DNA of 64,000 bases from contig JBQTHB010000003.1 of NCBI GenBank assembly GCA_052390235.1, positions 32,001 through 96,000 on the forward strand, written 5' to 3'. Shown in pieces: positions 11,433-20,981 of the stretch. Source of the DNA: Deltaproteobacteria bacterium (GTDB lineage: Bacteria > Desulfobacterota_D > UBA1144 > Nemesobacterales > CSP1-2). Within the stretch, counting starts at the first letter, position 1; each line of letters opens with the position of its first letter. Position numbers and translations under genes: made by a program. The notes under the pieces were generated by a model, which ran no database searches, was not told the DNA's origin, and worked only from the letters and a program-made list of their open reading frames with translations.

Positions 11433-12404
11433 TCAAAGCCCAGATAGCTCAGGTATCTCGATTGTAGAAATTCCAGCCCTCTGAAGCGCGGCTCGAACCG
11501 CGGGTTCGGGCGCGAAGTCCGTTGCGATGATCCTGGCTCTGCCTCCCAAAGCCCATTTGAGTCTATCCCCTGCGGCAATCGAAGCTATCTCTCGAAGCCC
11601 CGGGGCCGCCTCGAAAATCACCGTAGGCTTCACTTCGAGAATATCGTCGTAAAACCCCTTGCGGCTCTCGGCAACTATGAGCCTTGCGGCTTTTGATATG
11701 GCGGCGAGGTTTATAAGCGCATCAAAGGGCGAAGCGGTCTGCAAATAGGAAAAAGCCTGAGCCTCAAGGTCAAGGGCGGAAATCCGCTCGGACGCGCCGC
11801 TAAGGGTGTCAATTAATTTTCTATGAGAAAATTCACTCTTCGATGCGCCGCCGTGCGGGAATATAAAAGCGGCGGAGTCGGGAGACAGGGATTTAGCCGC
11901 CTGCTCAAGCTCGTCTTGCAGCCGCTTTTTCTTGAGCATACCGAATTTGACAACGGCTTTGTAGGGAACTACCAGCTCGCCGCCCTCGCCGAGTGTCGTA
12001 TCGAAGAGCGGGACGACTCTATCGGGAAGGGACGCTTTGGGCAGGGCTAGGATTTTCTGCAAAGACGCATCGCTGGAGGCGAAGATAAATTTAGGGCTAA
12101 ACAAAGCGGCGGCGCTTTGAATATCCGAATCATCCCCGCCGACGGAAACAACCGCCCCGCCGATGGATACGACGGCGAGCTCGGCCATCAGGGATTCGGC
12201 GCGGCGCGGCGCGGTAATGAGGGCTTTATCCCCGGCGCCGAAGCCTAGGCTCATGAGGAAGGCGGCTACATTTTTTATCTCGGAGTCAAAATCTAGCCAA
12301 GTGGTCTGCTTCCAACTCCAGCCGTCTTTTCTCTGCAGCAGGAGCTTTCCAGCGTATTTTTTGACCCTCGCTCCGAGGAACTCAGGTATAGTTTTTTCGT
12401 TCAT
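11433..12404 (-). CDS. Truncated, degenerate AMP-binding (long-chain acyl-CoA synthetase-like) N-terminal domain protein
   Basis: N-terminus (W..TW......NVAAFL.SLG...GDK; EVKPT; ALGGR.R) resembles FadD15-type synthetases. The P-loop and the C-terminal half are absent. Confidence 0.65.
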   Translation of the reverse strand: MNEKTIPEFLGARVKKYAGKLLLQRKDGWSWKQTTWLDFDSEIKNVAAFLMSLGFGAGDKALITAPRRAESLMAELAVVSIGGAVVSVGGDDSDIQSAAALFSPKFIFASSDASLQKILALPKASLPDRVVPLFDTTLGEGGELVVPYKAVVKFGMLKKKRLQDELEQAAKSLSPDSAAFIFPHGGASKSEFSHRKLIDTLSGASERISALDLEAQAFSYLQTASPFDALINLAAISKAARLIVAESRKGFYDDILEVKPTVIFEAAPGLREIASIAAGDRLKWALGGRARIIATDFAPEPAVRAALQRAGISTIEIPELSGL

Positions 12405-12480
12405 TATTCAAGTCCTAGGGGGTTTTTTTGATTCGCCGAGCGGATATTTAATGAAACCATAAAGGCAGGGTAAATATACA

Positions 12481-13854
12481 ATAAATCGAGAGCTTTCCAA
12501 TAAATTTAAAATCAGCCTCTTCCCAAGCCCCCTCTTTGACGGAGCGCTATCCGTAGTCAGGCGGCTTCGGCGGGCGGGTTACAGGGCATTTCTAGTGGGC
12601 GGATGCGTCCGCGACAGCGCAATGGGGATTGCCCCGAAGGAGTACGATATTGCCACATCGGCAACGCCTGATGTGGTAATGGGCCTCTTCGAGCGCGCAT
12701 TCCCTATTGGGGCGAGCTTCGGCGTGGCTCTCGTCCTTGAGGGGGATTATAAATTTGAGGTCGCCACATTTAGGCGGGATTTAGGCTACGCCGACGGCAG
12801 ACACCCCTGCGGCGTCCTCTACACAGAAGACGAGCGTGAAGACGTTCTGCGCCGGGATTTCACGATAAACGGTATGCTCTCAGACCCAGAAACGGGAGAA
12901 TGCTTCGATTATATCGGAGGGATTGGGGACATTAAGCGGCGGATGGTGAGAACCATAGGAGATGCCCGCCAGAGATTCGCCGAGGATAAACTGCGCATGA
13001 TGCGGGCGGCGAGGTTTGCCTCTCGGTTTCAATTTGAGATTGAACAGGACACGGGACTGGCAATATCCGAGCTTGCGCCGCAGATTCAGCAGGTGAGCGC
13101 CGAGAGAATCCGCGATGAAATCGTGAAAATAATATCTCAGGAAAACCCGGGGCTTGGGCTTCGGACACTCGCCGAATTCGGGCTTCTAGCGCTCATCCTG
13201 CCGGACGTTGAGCGGATGCGGGGAGTGGCTCAGCCGCCTGAATTTCACCCCGAAGGAGACGTTTTTATCCACACCTGCCTCGTGCTAGACAAACTCCGCG
13301 AGACTGCCGGAGGGGAAATTTCCCTTGAGCTTGCCATGGGGGCGCTCCTCCACGACGTGGGCAAGCCGCCGACATTTACCGTATCCGATAGAATCAGATT
13401 CAACGGACACGATAGGGTCGGGGCGGATATGTCGCGGCGGATTTTAAGGGATCTGAAATTCTCAAACAAGCAGGTTGAGGCTATATGCTCGCTCATTAGG
13501 GAGCATCTCAAATTTAAAGATACATTCGATATGCGGGATGCCACACTGAAGAGATTTCTTGGGATGGAGAATTTCGGCGACCACCTGAAGATGCACCTCG
13601 CCGACTGCCTTGCGAGCCACGGGATGAGAGGGGCTTACGATTTTGTAAGGCAGAAACTCGCCGAGTTTAGCCGAGAGCAGATAGCGCCCAAGCCCCTTAT
13701 CGGCGGCAGGGATTTAATCGAGATGGGCTATAAGCCGGGCCCCATTTTTACCGAGATTCTCCGCTCCGTTGAAGAAGCGCAGCTCGAGGGGGAGCTAAAG
13801 GACGCTGACGAGGCAAGGAGGTTCGTAGCCGAGAAATTCACTTTGGCGCAGTAG
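12481..13854 (+). CDS. cca: CCA tRNA nucleotidyltransferase with HD domain (start codon uncertain, probably non-canonical)
   Basis: VGGCVRD, DIAT, RRDFTIN, EDKLR and HD-domain HPEGDV/LLHDVGK. The conserved frame extends upstream of GTG 12595 to a stop at 12460. Confidence 0.85.
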   Translation: MNRELSNKFKISLFPSPLFDGALSVVRRLRRAGYRAFLVGGCVRDSAMGIAPKEYDIATSATPDVVMGLFERAFPIGASFGVALVLEGDYKFEVATFRRDLGYADGRHPCGVLYTEDEREDVLRRDFTINGMLSDPETGECFDYIGGIGDIKRRMVRTIGDARQRFAEDKLRMMRAARFASRFQFEIEQDTGLAISELAPQIQQVSAERIRDEIVKIISQENPGLGLRTLAEFGLLALILPDVERMRGVAQPPEFHPEGDVFIHTCLVLDKLRETAGGEISLELAMGALLHDVGKPPTFTVSDRIRFNGHDRVGADMSRRILRDLKFSNKQVEAICSLIREHLKFKDTFDMRDATLKRFLGMENFGDHLKMHLADCLASHGMRGAYDFVRQKLAEFSREQIAPKPLIGGRDLIEMGYKPGPIFTEILRSVEEAQLEGELKDADEARRFVAEKFTLAQ

Positions 13855-13890
13855 CCACTTCAATAGGCAAGATACATGACTAAAATTCCC

Positions 13891-13955
13891 CCCTTCGACT
13901 CCGCTCCCTGAGCAATTGGCAACCCAACGCAACCTGCCTCCTGCTCAGGGTGAAA
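13891..13955. repeat. REP-like palindromic element (CCCTTCGAC...CTCAGGGTGA)
   Basis: CCCTGAGCA (13906-13914) pairs with TGCTCAGGG (13942-13950). The same end motifs recur at 40104-40150. Located between convergent genes. Confidence 0.55.
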
Positions 13956-13999
13956 GCGCGCTCCCGCCTATATCCGACATTGCCCAGCCTGCATAATGA

Positions 14000-15013
14000 T
14001 TAAAATCCCTCAAGCACGATTTTGCCCTTCGCCCTGCCGCTCTCTATTAGGGCGTGAGCGCGTATCAAATTCTCCGCCCTGATTGCCCCGAAATGCTCCC
14101 CAAGCGTCGTGCGTATGACGCCAGAATCCACAAGCTCCGCCGCCTCCGTGAGCAGGTCGTGCTGGGCTATCATATCGGGCGTCTCAAATATCGGGCGCGT
14201 GAACATCAGCTCCCAATGAAGGGAAATGCTCTTTCGCTTAAGCGCAAGCGCATCCAAGGTCTGAGGGTCGTCTATCAGCCCAAATTTTCCCTGCGGGGCA
14301 AGCGACTGCACTATTTCCGGGAAATGTATCTGCGTCTGAGTGAGCGCGGCAACGTGCGTAACCTGCGGGATACCGATACGCCCAAGTTCCTCGGACAGCG
14401 GCTTTGAGTGGTCAATAACGTAGTGCGCCCCGAGGGATGAGACCCAATCCCTCGTCTCCGGTCTCGACGCCGTGCCTATAACAGTCATCGAGGTGAGCCT
14501 CCTTGCAAGCTGAGTGAGAATCGAGCCGACCCCTCCGGCCGCTCCTATGATTAGAATTGTGTCTTGAGTCGGTTTTTTGCCCGGTTGGACGGAGAAGCGG
14601 TCAAAGAGAAGCTCCCACGCCGTGATGGTCGTGAGCGGAAGCGCCGCCGCTTCAGCGAATCCGAGGGATTTGGGCTTGCTGCCGACAATTCGCTCGTCAA
14701 CGAGATGAAGCTCAGAATTCGCCCCCGGTTTCACCATTGAGCCTGAGTACCAGACCTCATCGCCGGGCTTAAATAATTTGACCCCATCGCCTACGCCTGC
14801 GACAACACCGGACACATCCCACCCCAGCACCTTGACACCGCCCGCTTCAGGCATAACGCGGCGGCGCAGTTTTGTATCAACCGGATTTACCGAGACCGCC
14901 TTAACCTCGACGAGAAGCCCGCGCCCCGACGGACTGGGGTCTGGAAGCTCAAGGTCAATCAACGCCTCGGCCTCTGTTATCGGGAGAGATTTTCTGTAAC
15001 CTACGGCTTTCAT
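14000..15013 (-). CDS. Zinc-binding alcohol dehydrogenase family (quinone oxidoreductase-like) protein
   Basis: VSVNPVDTK, AAALPLTTITAWELLFDR, GAAGGVGS, SLHWELMFTR, GKIVLEGF. Confidence 0.92.
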   Translation of the reverse strand: MKAVGYRKSLPITEAEALIDLELPDPSPSGRGLLVEVKAVSVNPVDTKLRRRVMPEAGGVKVLGWDVSGVVAGVGDGVKLFKPGDEVWYSGSMVKPGANSELHLVDERIVGSKPKSLGFAEAAALPLTTITAWELLFDRFSVQPGKKPTQDTILIIGAAGGVGSILTQLARRLTSMTVIGTASRPETRDWVSSLGAHYVIDHSKPLSEELGRIGIPQVTHVAALTQTQIHFPEIVQSLAPQGKFGLIDDPQTLDALALKRKSISLHWELMFTRPIFETPDMIAQHDLLTEAAELVDSGVIRTTLGEHFGAIRAENLIRAHALIESGRAKGKIVLEGF

Positions 15014-15046
15014 TAGCAATCACCTCGAAAATTTGGATTTTTTTTA

Positions 15047-16066
15047 TCACACCGCCGGAATAACTTCCTCGCCAAATAGCCTGATGCAATCGGAAATCGT
15101 CCGGTGTGACGCCTGAGGGAACACCATTCGGCAGGCAATGTAGCTTATGCCAAGCTCCTTGTATTTTTGGACTTCCCCTATGCAGTCCTGCGGGTCGCCG
15201 ATGATGAAACGGTCTTCGGGGAGGAATTCAAAAAGCGGGTCGTCCTCTCTCGTAACCTGCTTGCCCCTGATGAAAACCTTCACGCCTAAGCCCAAGTAGA
15301 ATTTATACATACTGATGATATAGCGTCCGGCTTCTTCCTTGGCTTTTTTCCTGTCGGGGGCGATGTAGGTCTCCCTCAGGAGGATGTGCTGGACGGCTTC
15401 GGGATTTTTTCCCGCCCCTCGCGCCGCGTCGTTAAATACTGCGATGGTGTCTCTAATCATCTGAGTCGTCCTGCCGGGCCCGATGAGGAGCGGGTATCCG
15501 AGCCTGCCCGCGCGCCTTATCGCCGGCTCTTCAAACGCGCCTATGTAAATCGGGATATGGGGCTTTTGCACGGGCTTGGGGGTTACGTTTATGTTGTCGA
15601 AATTAAAGCGCTTGCCATGATAGGAAAAGCTCCCCTCGCCCCACGATTTAAGAAGCACGTCAATCCCCTCTTCAATTAGCGAGGGCCTGTGCTTTATCGA
15701 GAGTCCAAACCCCTCGAACTCCTCTTTCCTGTATCCGACGGCGACGCCCAGGAGGAATCTGCCGTTTGAGATATTGTCAACGACTGCCGCGTCCTCAGCC
15801 ACGCGCACGGGGTTGTGAAGCGGGAGAATCATTGCCGCCGTGCCGATTTGAATCCTCGTCGTGCGAGCCGCCATAGCCGCCGCCGCGGCAAGCACCGAGG
15901 GACAGTACCCGTCGGGCAGAAAATGATGCTCCGATAGCCAAGCCGAGGTGAATCCCACATCCTCGGCGAGCTTCACTTCATCGAGCGTGTCGGAGTAAAT
16001 CTGGGCGTGAGTCGCCACTTTCTCAGGATGGGTCTGCATACCGAATAGTCCGATACCGAATTTCAT
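15047..16066 (-). CDS. LLM-class (luciferase-like) flavin-dependent oxidoreductase
   Basis: AWLSEHHF, PLHNPVRVAEDAAVVDNISNGR, TPKPVQKPHIPI. Confidence 0.9.
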   Translation of the reverse strand: MKFGIGLFGMQTHPEKVATHAQIYSDTLDEVKLAEDVGFTSAWLSEHHFLPDGYCPSVLAAAAAMAARTTRIQIGTAAMILPLHNPVRVAEDAAVVDNISNGRFLLGVAVGYRKEEFEGFGLSIKHRPSLIEEGIDVLLKSWGEGSFSYHGKRFNFDNINVTPKPVQKPHIPIYIGAFEEPAIRRAGRLGYPLLIGPGRTTQMIRDTIAVFNDAARGAGKNPEAVQHILLRETYIAPDRKKAKEEAGRYIISMYKFYLGLGVKVFIRGKQVTREDDPLFEFLPEDRFIIGDPQDCIGEVQKYKELGISYIACRMVFPQASHRTISDCIRLFGEEVIPAV

Positions 16067-16316
16067 TTCTTTGCAATCCTCCGTAGATGGAAAATCTCTG
16101 GGCAATTATAACACCCGCGCCCGAATGGGGCTATGTCCTAAGATGCAGGATGCGCAGGGAAAGATTCCTCGCCAAAGGCTTGGGGATACAGAGCCGCTGA
16201 GCGGCTCGGCAGGCGTAGCGCGCGCAAATGGATACCCAATTGTGGACATTCGCGCAGGGATTATTAGGGCGTCCCGCGGCGCAAACCGCGCATCTGGCAT
16301 CCGGCTTTATATTCTC

Positions 16317-16344
16317 TTGACTGAAATTTTTTATCCTTTATTAT
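16317..16344 (+). promoter_or_regulatory. Putative sigma70 promoter for ETF-QO
   Basis: TTGACT-16 bp-TATTAT, about 45 bp upstream of ATG 16390. Confidence 0.45.
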
Positions 16345-16389
16345 ATGGACGCAGCAACCCTATTTAAGAGAGAGAGGAGAGAGAGAGCT

Positions 16390-18081
16390 ATGTCAAATGT
16401 TCCCGCAGATTTCAAGCCCCACGTATCCGAATTTAAATACGTCTCTGGGATAACGAGCAGTCCCGACGAACGCGTCGAAGTAGGAGTGGTGTTCGTAGGA
16501 GCGGGCCCTGCAAGCCTCGCCGGAGCGATTCGCCTGGCACAGCTCCTAGAGGGTGAGCCAGAGCTTATGCGCTCGCTCGGAGATATTCCCATTGCCATTA
16601 TCGAGAAGGGAAAATATCCGGGCGCGCACCTCGTCTCAGGGGCGGTGATGAATCCCATCTCGATAAAGACGCTCTTTCCCGATCTCAAGGACTCAGACTT
16701 CCCGTTCCTGTGGCACGTTGACAAAGAGGCGGTCTATTTCCTCACTCAGACCAAGGCGTTTAAACTCCCGACCCCTCCCACGATGAATAACCACGGCAAC
16801 TACGTCGTCTCCATAAGCCAGCTCGCGCAGTGGCTCGCCGCTAAAGCCGAGGAAAAAGGGGTCATGATATTCAACGAGATGGCAGGGGTGAAACTGCTAG
16901 TCGAGGACGGCGTGGTGAAGGGAATCAAAACCGACGACAAGGGACTCGATAAGGACGGAAATCCGCTTGAGAACTTCCAGCCCGGCTCAGACATCGTGGC
17001 GAAATACACAGTGCTTGGCGAGGGGGTAACCGGACACCTCGCGTACGCCCTCGCTGACCATTTCCACATTGAAAGACCAAATCCCCAGGTTTACGCGCTC
17101 GGAGTGAAAGAGGTCTGGGAGGTCAAAAAACCTCTCGATAGAGTCATCCACACCATGAACTGGCCCCTCCGCCCTCAGAAGAAATACCGCGAGTTCGGGG
17201 GAAGCTGGATTTATCCGATGGGCAAGGACAAGGTATCCATAGGCTTTGTCGTAGGACTCGACTACACCGACGCGACACTCTCCGTGCATGGAATCCTACA
17301 GGAGCTAAAAATGCACCCGCTCGTAAGGGAAATTCTCGATGGCGGCAGAAGGTCGGACAGCGGCTGGGGGGCAAAAACCATACCGGAAGGCGGATACTAC
17401 TCCGTGCCGGATAATTTAACCGTTCCCGGCGCGCTCATGATAGGAGACTCCGCGGGGCTTGTGAACGTTCCCGCGCTCAAGGGAATTCACTACGCGATGA
17501 TGTCCGGCATCAAAGCGGCTGAGACGATATTCAAAGCCCTAAAGGAAAAGCGCGACCCGGCTAAGGCCGATACCCTAGCCGAGTACGATAAATCCATCCG
17601 CGAGAGCTTCATCATGAAAGACCTCCGCAAGGTGCGCAACATGAGGCAGGCTTTCCAATATGGGTTTATCCCCGGCATGATGCTCGCAGGCATTATGACG
17701 GCGACAAACGGTATGTTTCCCGGATGGAAATTTAAGACCCACTACGACGGCGACGCGCCCATGTTCATCGGGAGCGAAAATTATCCGAAGTCCGATAACT
17801 CCTATACATTCGACAAGCTCACGAGCGTCTATGTGAGCGGAAACCGAAGCCGCGACAATCAGCCAAACCACATACTGTTTGAACCAGAGGTGTCCGAACC
17901 CGTAGGCGAGGCGTGGGTCAATATGTGTCCTGCCCAGGTCTATGAATGGCACACCGAGGGGGGACACAGGGTCATCAAGACAGACCCGACAAACTGCATC
18001 CAGTGCGGGGCAATTACGGCAAAGGGCGGAAGGCTCACACCCCCTGAAGGCGGCGGCGGGCCCGAATACACCGAGACATGA
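16390..18081 (+). CDS. Electron-transfer flavoprotein:quinone oxidoreductase (ETF-QO/FixCX-like)
   Basis: FAD motif VGAGPA, SGAVMNP, LGVKEVW, AKTIPEGGYY, KGIHYAM, C-terminal CPA...NCIQC and PEGGGGPEY. Confidence 0.9.
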   Translation: MSNVPADFKPHVSEFKYVSGITSSPDERVEVGVVFVGAGPASLAGAIRLAQLLEGEPELMRSLGDIPIAIIEKGKYPGAHLVSGAVMNPISIKTLFPDLKDSDFPFLWHVDKEAVYFLTQTKAFKLPTPPTMNNHGNYVVSISQLAQWLAAKAEEKGVMIFNEMAGVKLLVEDGVVKGIKTDDKGLDKDGNPLENFQPGSDIVAKYTVLGEGVTGHLAYALADHFHIERPNPQVYALGVKEVWEVKKPLDRVIHTMNWPLRPQKKYREFGGSWIYPMGKDKVSIGFVVGLDYTDATLSVHGILQELKMHPLVREILDGGRRSDSGWGAKTIPEGGYYSVPDNLTVPGALMIGDSAGLVNVPALKGIHYAMMSGIKAAETIFKALKEKRDPAKADTLAEYDKSIRESFIMKDLRKVRNMRQAFQYGFIPGMMLAGIMTATNGMFPGWKFKTHYDGDAPMFIGSENYPKSDNSYTFDKLTSVYVSGNRSRDNQPNHILFEPEVSEPVGEAWVNMCPAQVYEWHTEGGHRVIKTDPTNCIQCGAITAKGGRLTPPEGGGGPEYTET

Positions 18082-18106
18082 CGAGTTAATTCATCAAAGC
18101 GAGTTG

Positions 18107-18136
18107 AAAGGGGCGATGGCGGTACATCGCCCTTTT
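18107..18136. terminator. Intrinsic terminator, possibly bidirectional
   Basis: AAAG-GGGCGATG-gcggta-CATCGCCC-TTTT between convergent ETF-QO and nuoH. Confidence 0.75.
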
Positions 18137-18295
18137 GTTATTTGCGCAGTTGCTAGGACAGAGCGCGTAAATTATAAAAGGGTATAGCTGTCTAATTCTC
18201 AGGCGGACCCTAGCCATTTGGAGGGAACTATCGCCATGGACATATATATACAAGAGTATGATGAATTTTAATTCCTAGTTACGCGCCAATCCCCA

Positions 18296-19348
18296 CTAAC
18301 CAAAAGCCACAACCGCGCTCGTTACAAGCAGGTTCAGCACGGCAAGCGGGAACAGCACCTTCCATCCGAGATTCATCACCTGGTCATAGCGGAATCTAGG
18401 GATAGTCCACCTGACCCAGATAAAGAAAAATAGGAGAAATAAAACCTTGCCCGCAAACACCATAGGGGGCAGATACCAGTGCGTGTCAATATCAATCCCA
18501 AACCAGCCGCCGAAAGGAAGCGGATACCACCCGCCCAAGAAAAACGCCGTCATAAGGCAGGAGGCGACTATCATGTGCGTATATTCAGCCATGAAAAACA
18601 TGGCGAATTTCATACTGCTGTACTCCGTGTGATAGCCCGCGACAATCTCCGGCTCGGCTTCGGGAAGGTCAAAGGGAAGCCTATTGGTCTCGGCAAAGGA
18701 CGACACCATAAACACCAAAAAGCCAAGTGCCTGAGGCACGGCAAACCAGAGCTTCTGCTGCGCCTCGATAATGTCGTTTATCCTAAGCGAGCCGGCAAGG
18801 AGAATGACCCCTATAATTGATAGCCCCAGCGATAGCTCATAGCTAATCATCTGAGCCGAGGCGCGCAGTCCCCCCAGAAGGGAATACTTGCTGTTCGACG
18901 CCCATCCACCGAGAACCACCCCATAGACGCTCAGAGACGTTATTGCCAGCACAAAGAGAAGCCCTGAATTTATATCGGCAATCTGGAAATTTACAAAATA
19001 AGGCTCATCCAGCATCCCGAAGAGCGTCGTGCTGAACCCGTATCCGATGGGGATGACGGCAAGGGCGATGATTGCGGGGACTAGCGTAAGGGCGGGGGCG
19101 ATAACGTAGAAAGGCTTATTTACATGGTCGGGGATGATGTCTTCTTTGAATATAAACTTTAGCCCGTCGGCAAGGGGCTGGAGAAGCCCGAAGGGCCCCA
19201 CGCGGTTCGGGCCCACGCGGTCTTGAATAAACGCGCTCAGCCTACGCTCGGCAAGCGTCATATAAGCGACTAAGGTCAGCACCCCGAACAGCAGCAGGGC
19301 CACTTTCACAACCGATATTCCAATTCCAACCCAGAGCATATTTTCCAT
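18296..19348 (-). CDS. nuoH: NADH-quinone oxidoreductase subunit H
   Basis: ERRLSAFIQDRVGPNRVG, QPLADGLK, AQMISYE, AETNRLPFDLPEAE, PRFRYDQ. Confidence 0.96.
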   Translation of the reverse strand: MENMLWVGIGISVVKVALLLFGVLTLVAYMTLAERRLSAFIQDRVGPNRVGPFGLLQPLADGLKFIFKEDIIPDHVNKPFYVIAPALTLVPAIIALAVIPIGYGFSTTLFGMLDEPYFVNFQIADINSGLLFVLAITSLSVYGVVLGGWASNSKYSLLGGLRASAQMISYELSLGLSIIGVILLAGSLRINDIIEAQQKLWFAVPQALGFLVFMVSSFAETNRLPFDLPEAEPEIVAGYHTEYSSMKFAMFFMAEYTHMIVASCLMTAFFLGGWYPLPFGGWFGIDIDTHWYLPPMVFAGKVLFLLFFFIWVRWTIPRFRYDQVMNLGWKVLFPLAVLNLLVTSAVVAFG

Positions 19349-19369
19349 TTTCAGGTTACCTAAGCGGGG

Positions 19370-20950
19370 CTAAGAGGGGCTTGCTCTCATTCCGAGCATC
19401 CCGACTTTATCGTAGTTTACGCCTTTGAACAGGGGGTTGCCGCCCGCGACCTCAAGCATTACCTCAGAGGGGGTTTTATAGTTAATCCCCCAGCCCAAGA
19501 GGGCGTTTCCGAGAGTGGCGAGGATTTCCCAATCGGGCTTTGCGCTTCCGGGAGGGGCGATGGCTTTTTTTATTCTCTGCACCCTGCCCTCGTCGTTTGT
19601 GAAAGTGCCGTCCTTTTCATAGGGGCTTGCGCCGGGGAGGATGGCGTGGGCGAGCCTCAGGGTTTCTGTGAGTTTAAAATCCACTGCCGCTAGGAACGAG
19701 AGCTGTCCCATAGCCTCGGCGAGCTTTCCGCCCTCGCCCTGCGGGACTAAGCCAAGGAGGTCTTCGCCCGCGATAAACAGGCATTTCACCTTCCCCGCAA
19801 TTATCGATTTTATCAGCTCCGGAGTGTCCGTGTTAAATCCTAAATTCCTCACGCCAGATGAGTTAGGGAATGGGTCGGAGCTTATGATTCCGAATTTCTT
19901 GCCGCCCTCGCAGATGCCGGCGTTTGAGTAGAGATTTTCTACCCCCATGCCGGTTGCGATTTTTTTGAGTAGATATAGCTCCTCGTTTGTGAGGGAGGGA
20001 GAGCCTAAAAACGCCGCCGAGTCGGGAGAATATCGCCTCATCCCCTCGGATATTGCGGCGAGCGCTTTATCCCACGAGGCAAGGGCAAATCCCTCGCCTT
20101 CGCGCAGGATGGGGTCTCTGAGCCTCCTGGCTTCCTGAATATCTCTGAATCCGTACCGCCCCCTGTCGCATATCCAGTGTTTATTGACATCCGCATTTAC
20201 CCTTGGGCGGACTCTGGCGAGGCCGCCTTTTCTGGGGTCAACCCCCGCGGTGATGTTGCATCCGTTTGAGCAAAGCGAGCAGATAGTATCGGTAAATTCC
20301 CAGTACCAGACGCGCTCCTGATGCAGGGTTTCTCTGCTCAAAAGCGCCCCGACAGGGCAGAGGTCAATCACGTTTCCCGCAAGCTCATTGTCGAGGGATT
20401 TACCCGGAAACGTTACGATTTTCTTTCTGAATCCGCGGCCGCTCGTGCCGAGTTCGCCGGTTTTGGTAACCTCGTCGGTGAATCTCTGGCATCTGGTACA
20501 CATGATGCACCGATTGGGGTCGTACATGATTTTATCGCTGAGGTAGGACTTGCGGCGGACTTTTTTCTCTTCAGGAGCATCGAAGCGGCTATGCCCGGGC
20601 CCGTGCTTAAACGTGGTGAGCTGCAGGGGACACTCGCCGCCTTTATCGCAAATAGGGCAGTCGAGCGGGTGATTTATGAGCGTGAACTCTACCGTGGCTT
20701 TTCTCGCGGCGATAGCCCGCTCGGTGTTGGTTTTCACCACTAGCCCGTCTCTGACAAAGGTGTTGCAGGCGGGCATCACTTTCGGCACGCCCTCGACGTC
20801 CACCAGGCACTGCCTGCACTGAGCCACTACGCTGAGCGCCGGATGGTAGCAGAAGTGAGGGATTTCCACCCCTGCTTTGGATGCCGCCTGAATGAGATTT
20901 AACCCGTCCTCGACCTCAATTTCTCTACCGTCAATTGTAACTTTAGGCAT
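19370..20950 (-). CDS. nuoG: NADH-quinone oxidoreductase subunit G (short form)
   Basis: IPHFCYHP..CRQCLV, NHPLDCPICDKGGECPLQ, RCIMCTRC, DLCPVGAL, CSLCSNGC..CDRGR Fe-S motifs. C-terminal EKDGTFTN.EGRVQ. Confidence 0.9.
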   Translation of the reverse strand: MPKVTIDGREIEVEDGLNLIQAASKAGVEIPHFCYHPALSVVAQCRQCLVDVEGVPKVMPACNTFVRDGLVVKTNTERAIAARKATVEFTLINHPLDCPICDKGGECPLQLTTFKHGPGHSRFDAPEEKKVRRKSYLSDKIMYDPNRCIMCTRCQRFTDEVTKTGELGTSGRGFRKKIVTFPGKSLDNELAGNVIDLCPVGALLSRETLHQERVWYWEFTDTICSLCSNGCNITAGVDPRKGGLARVRPRVNADVNKHWICDRGRYGFRDIQEARRLRDPILREGEGFALASWDKALAAISEGMRRYSPDSAAFLGSPSLTNEELYLLKKIATGMGVENLYSNAGICEGGKKFGIISSDPFPNSSGVRNLGFNTDTPELIKSIIAGKVKCLFIAGEDLLGLVPQGEGGKLAEAMGQLSFLAAVDFKLTETLRLAHAILPGASPYEKDGTFTNDEGRVQRIKKAIAPPGSAKPDWEILATLGNALLGWGINYKTPSEVMLEVAGGNPLFKGVNYDKVGMLGMRASPS

Positions 20951-20981
20951 CGGCGCACCCCTCACGGCTAAGTGTTACATC

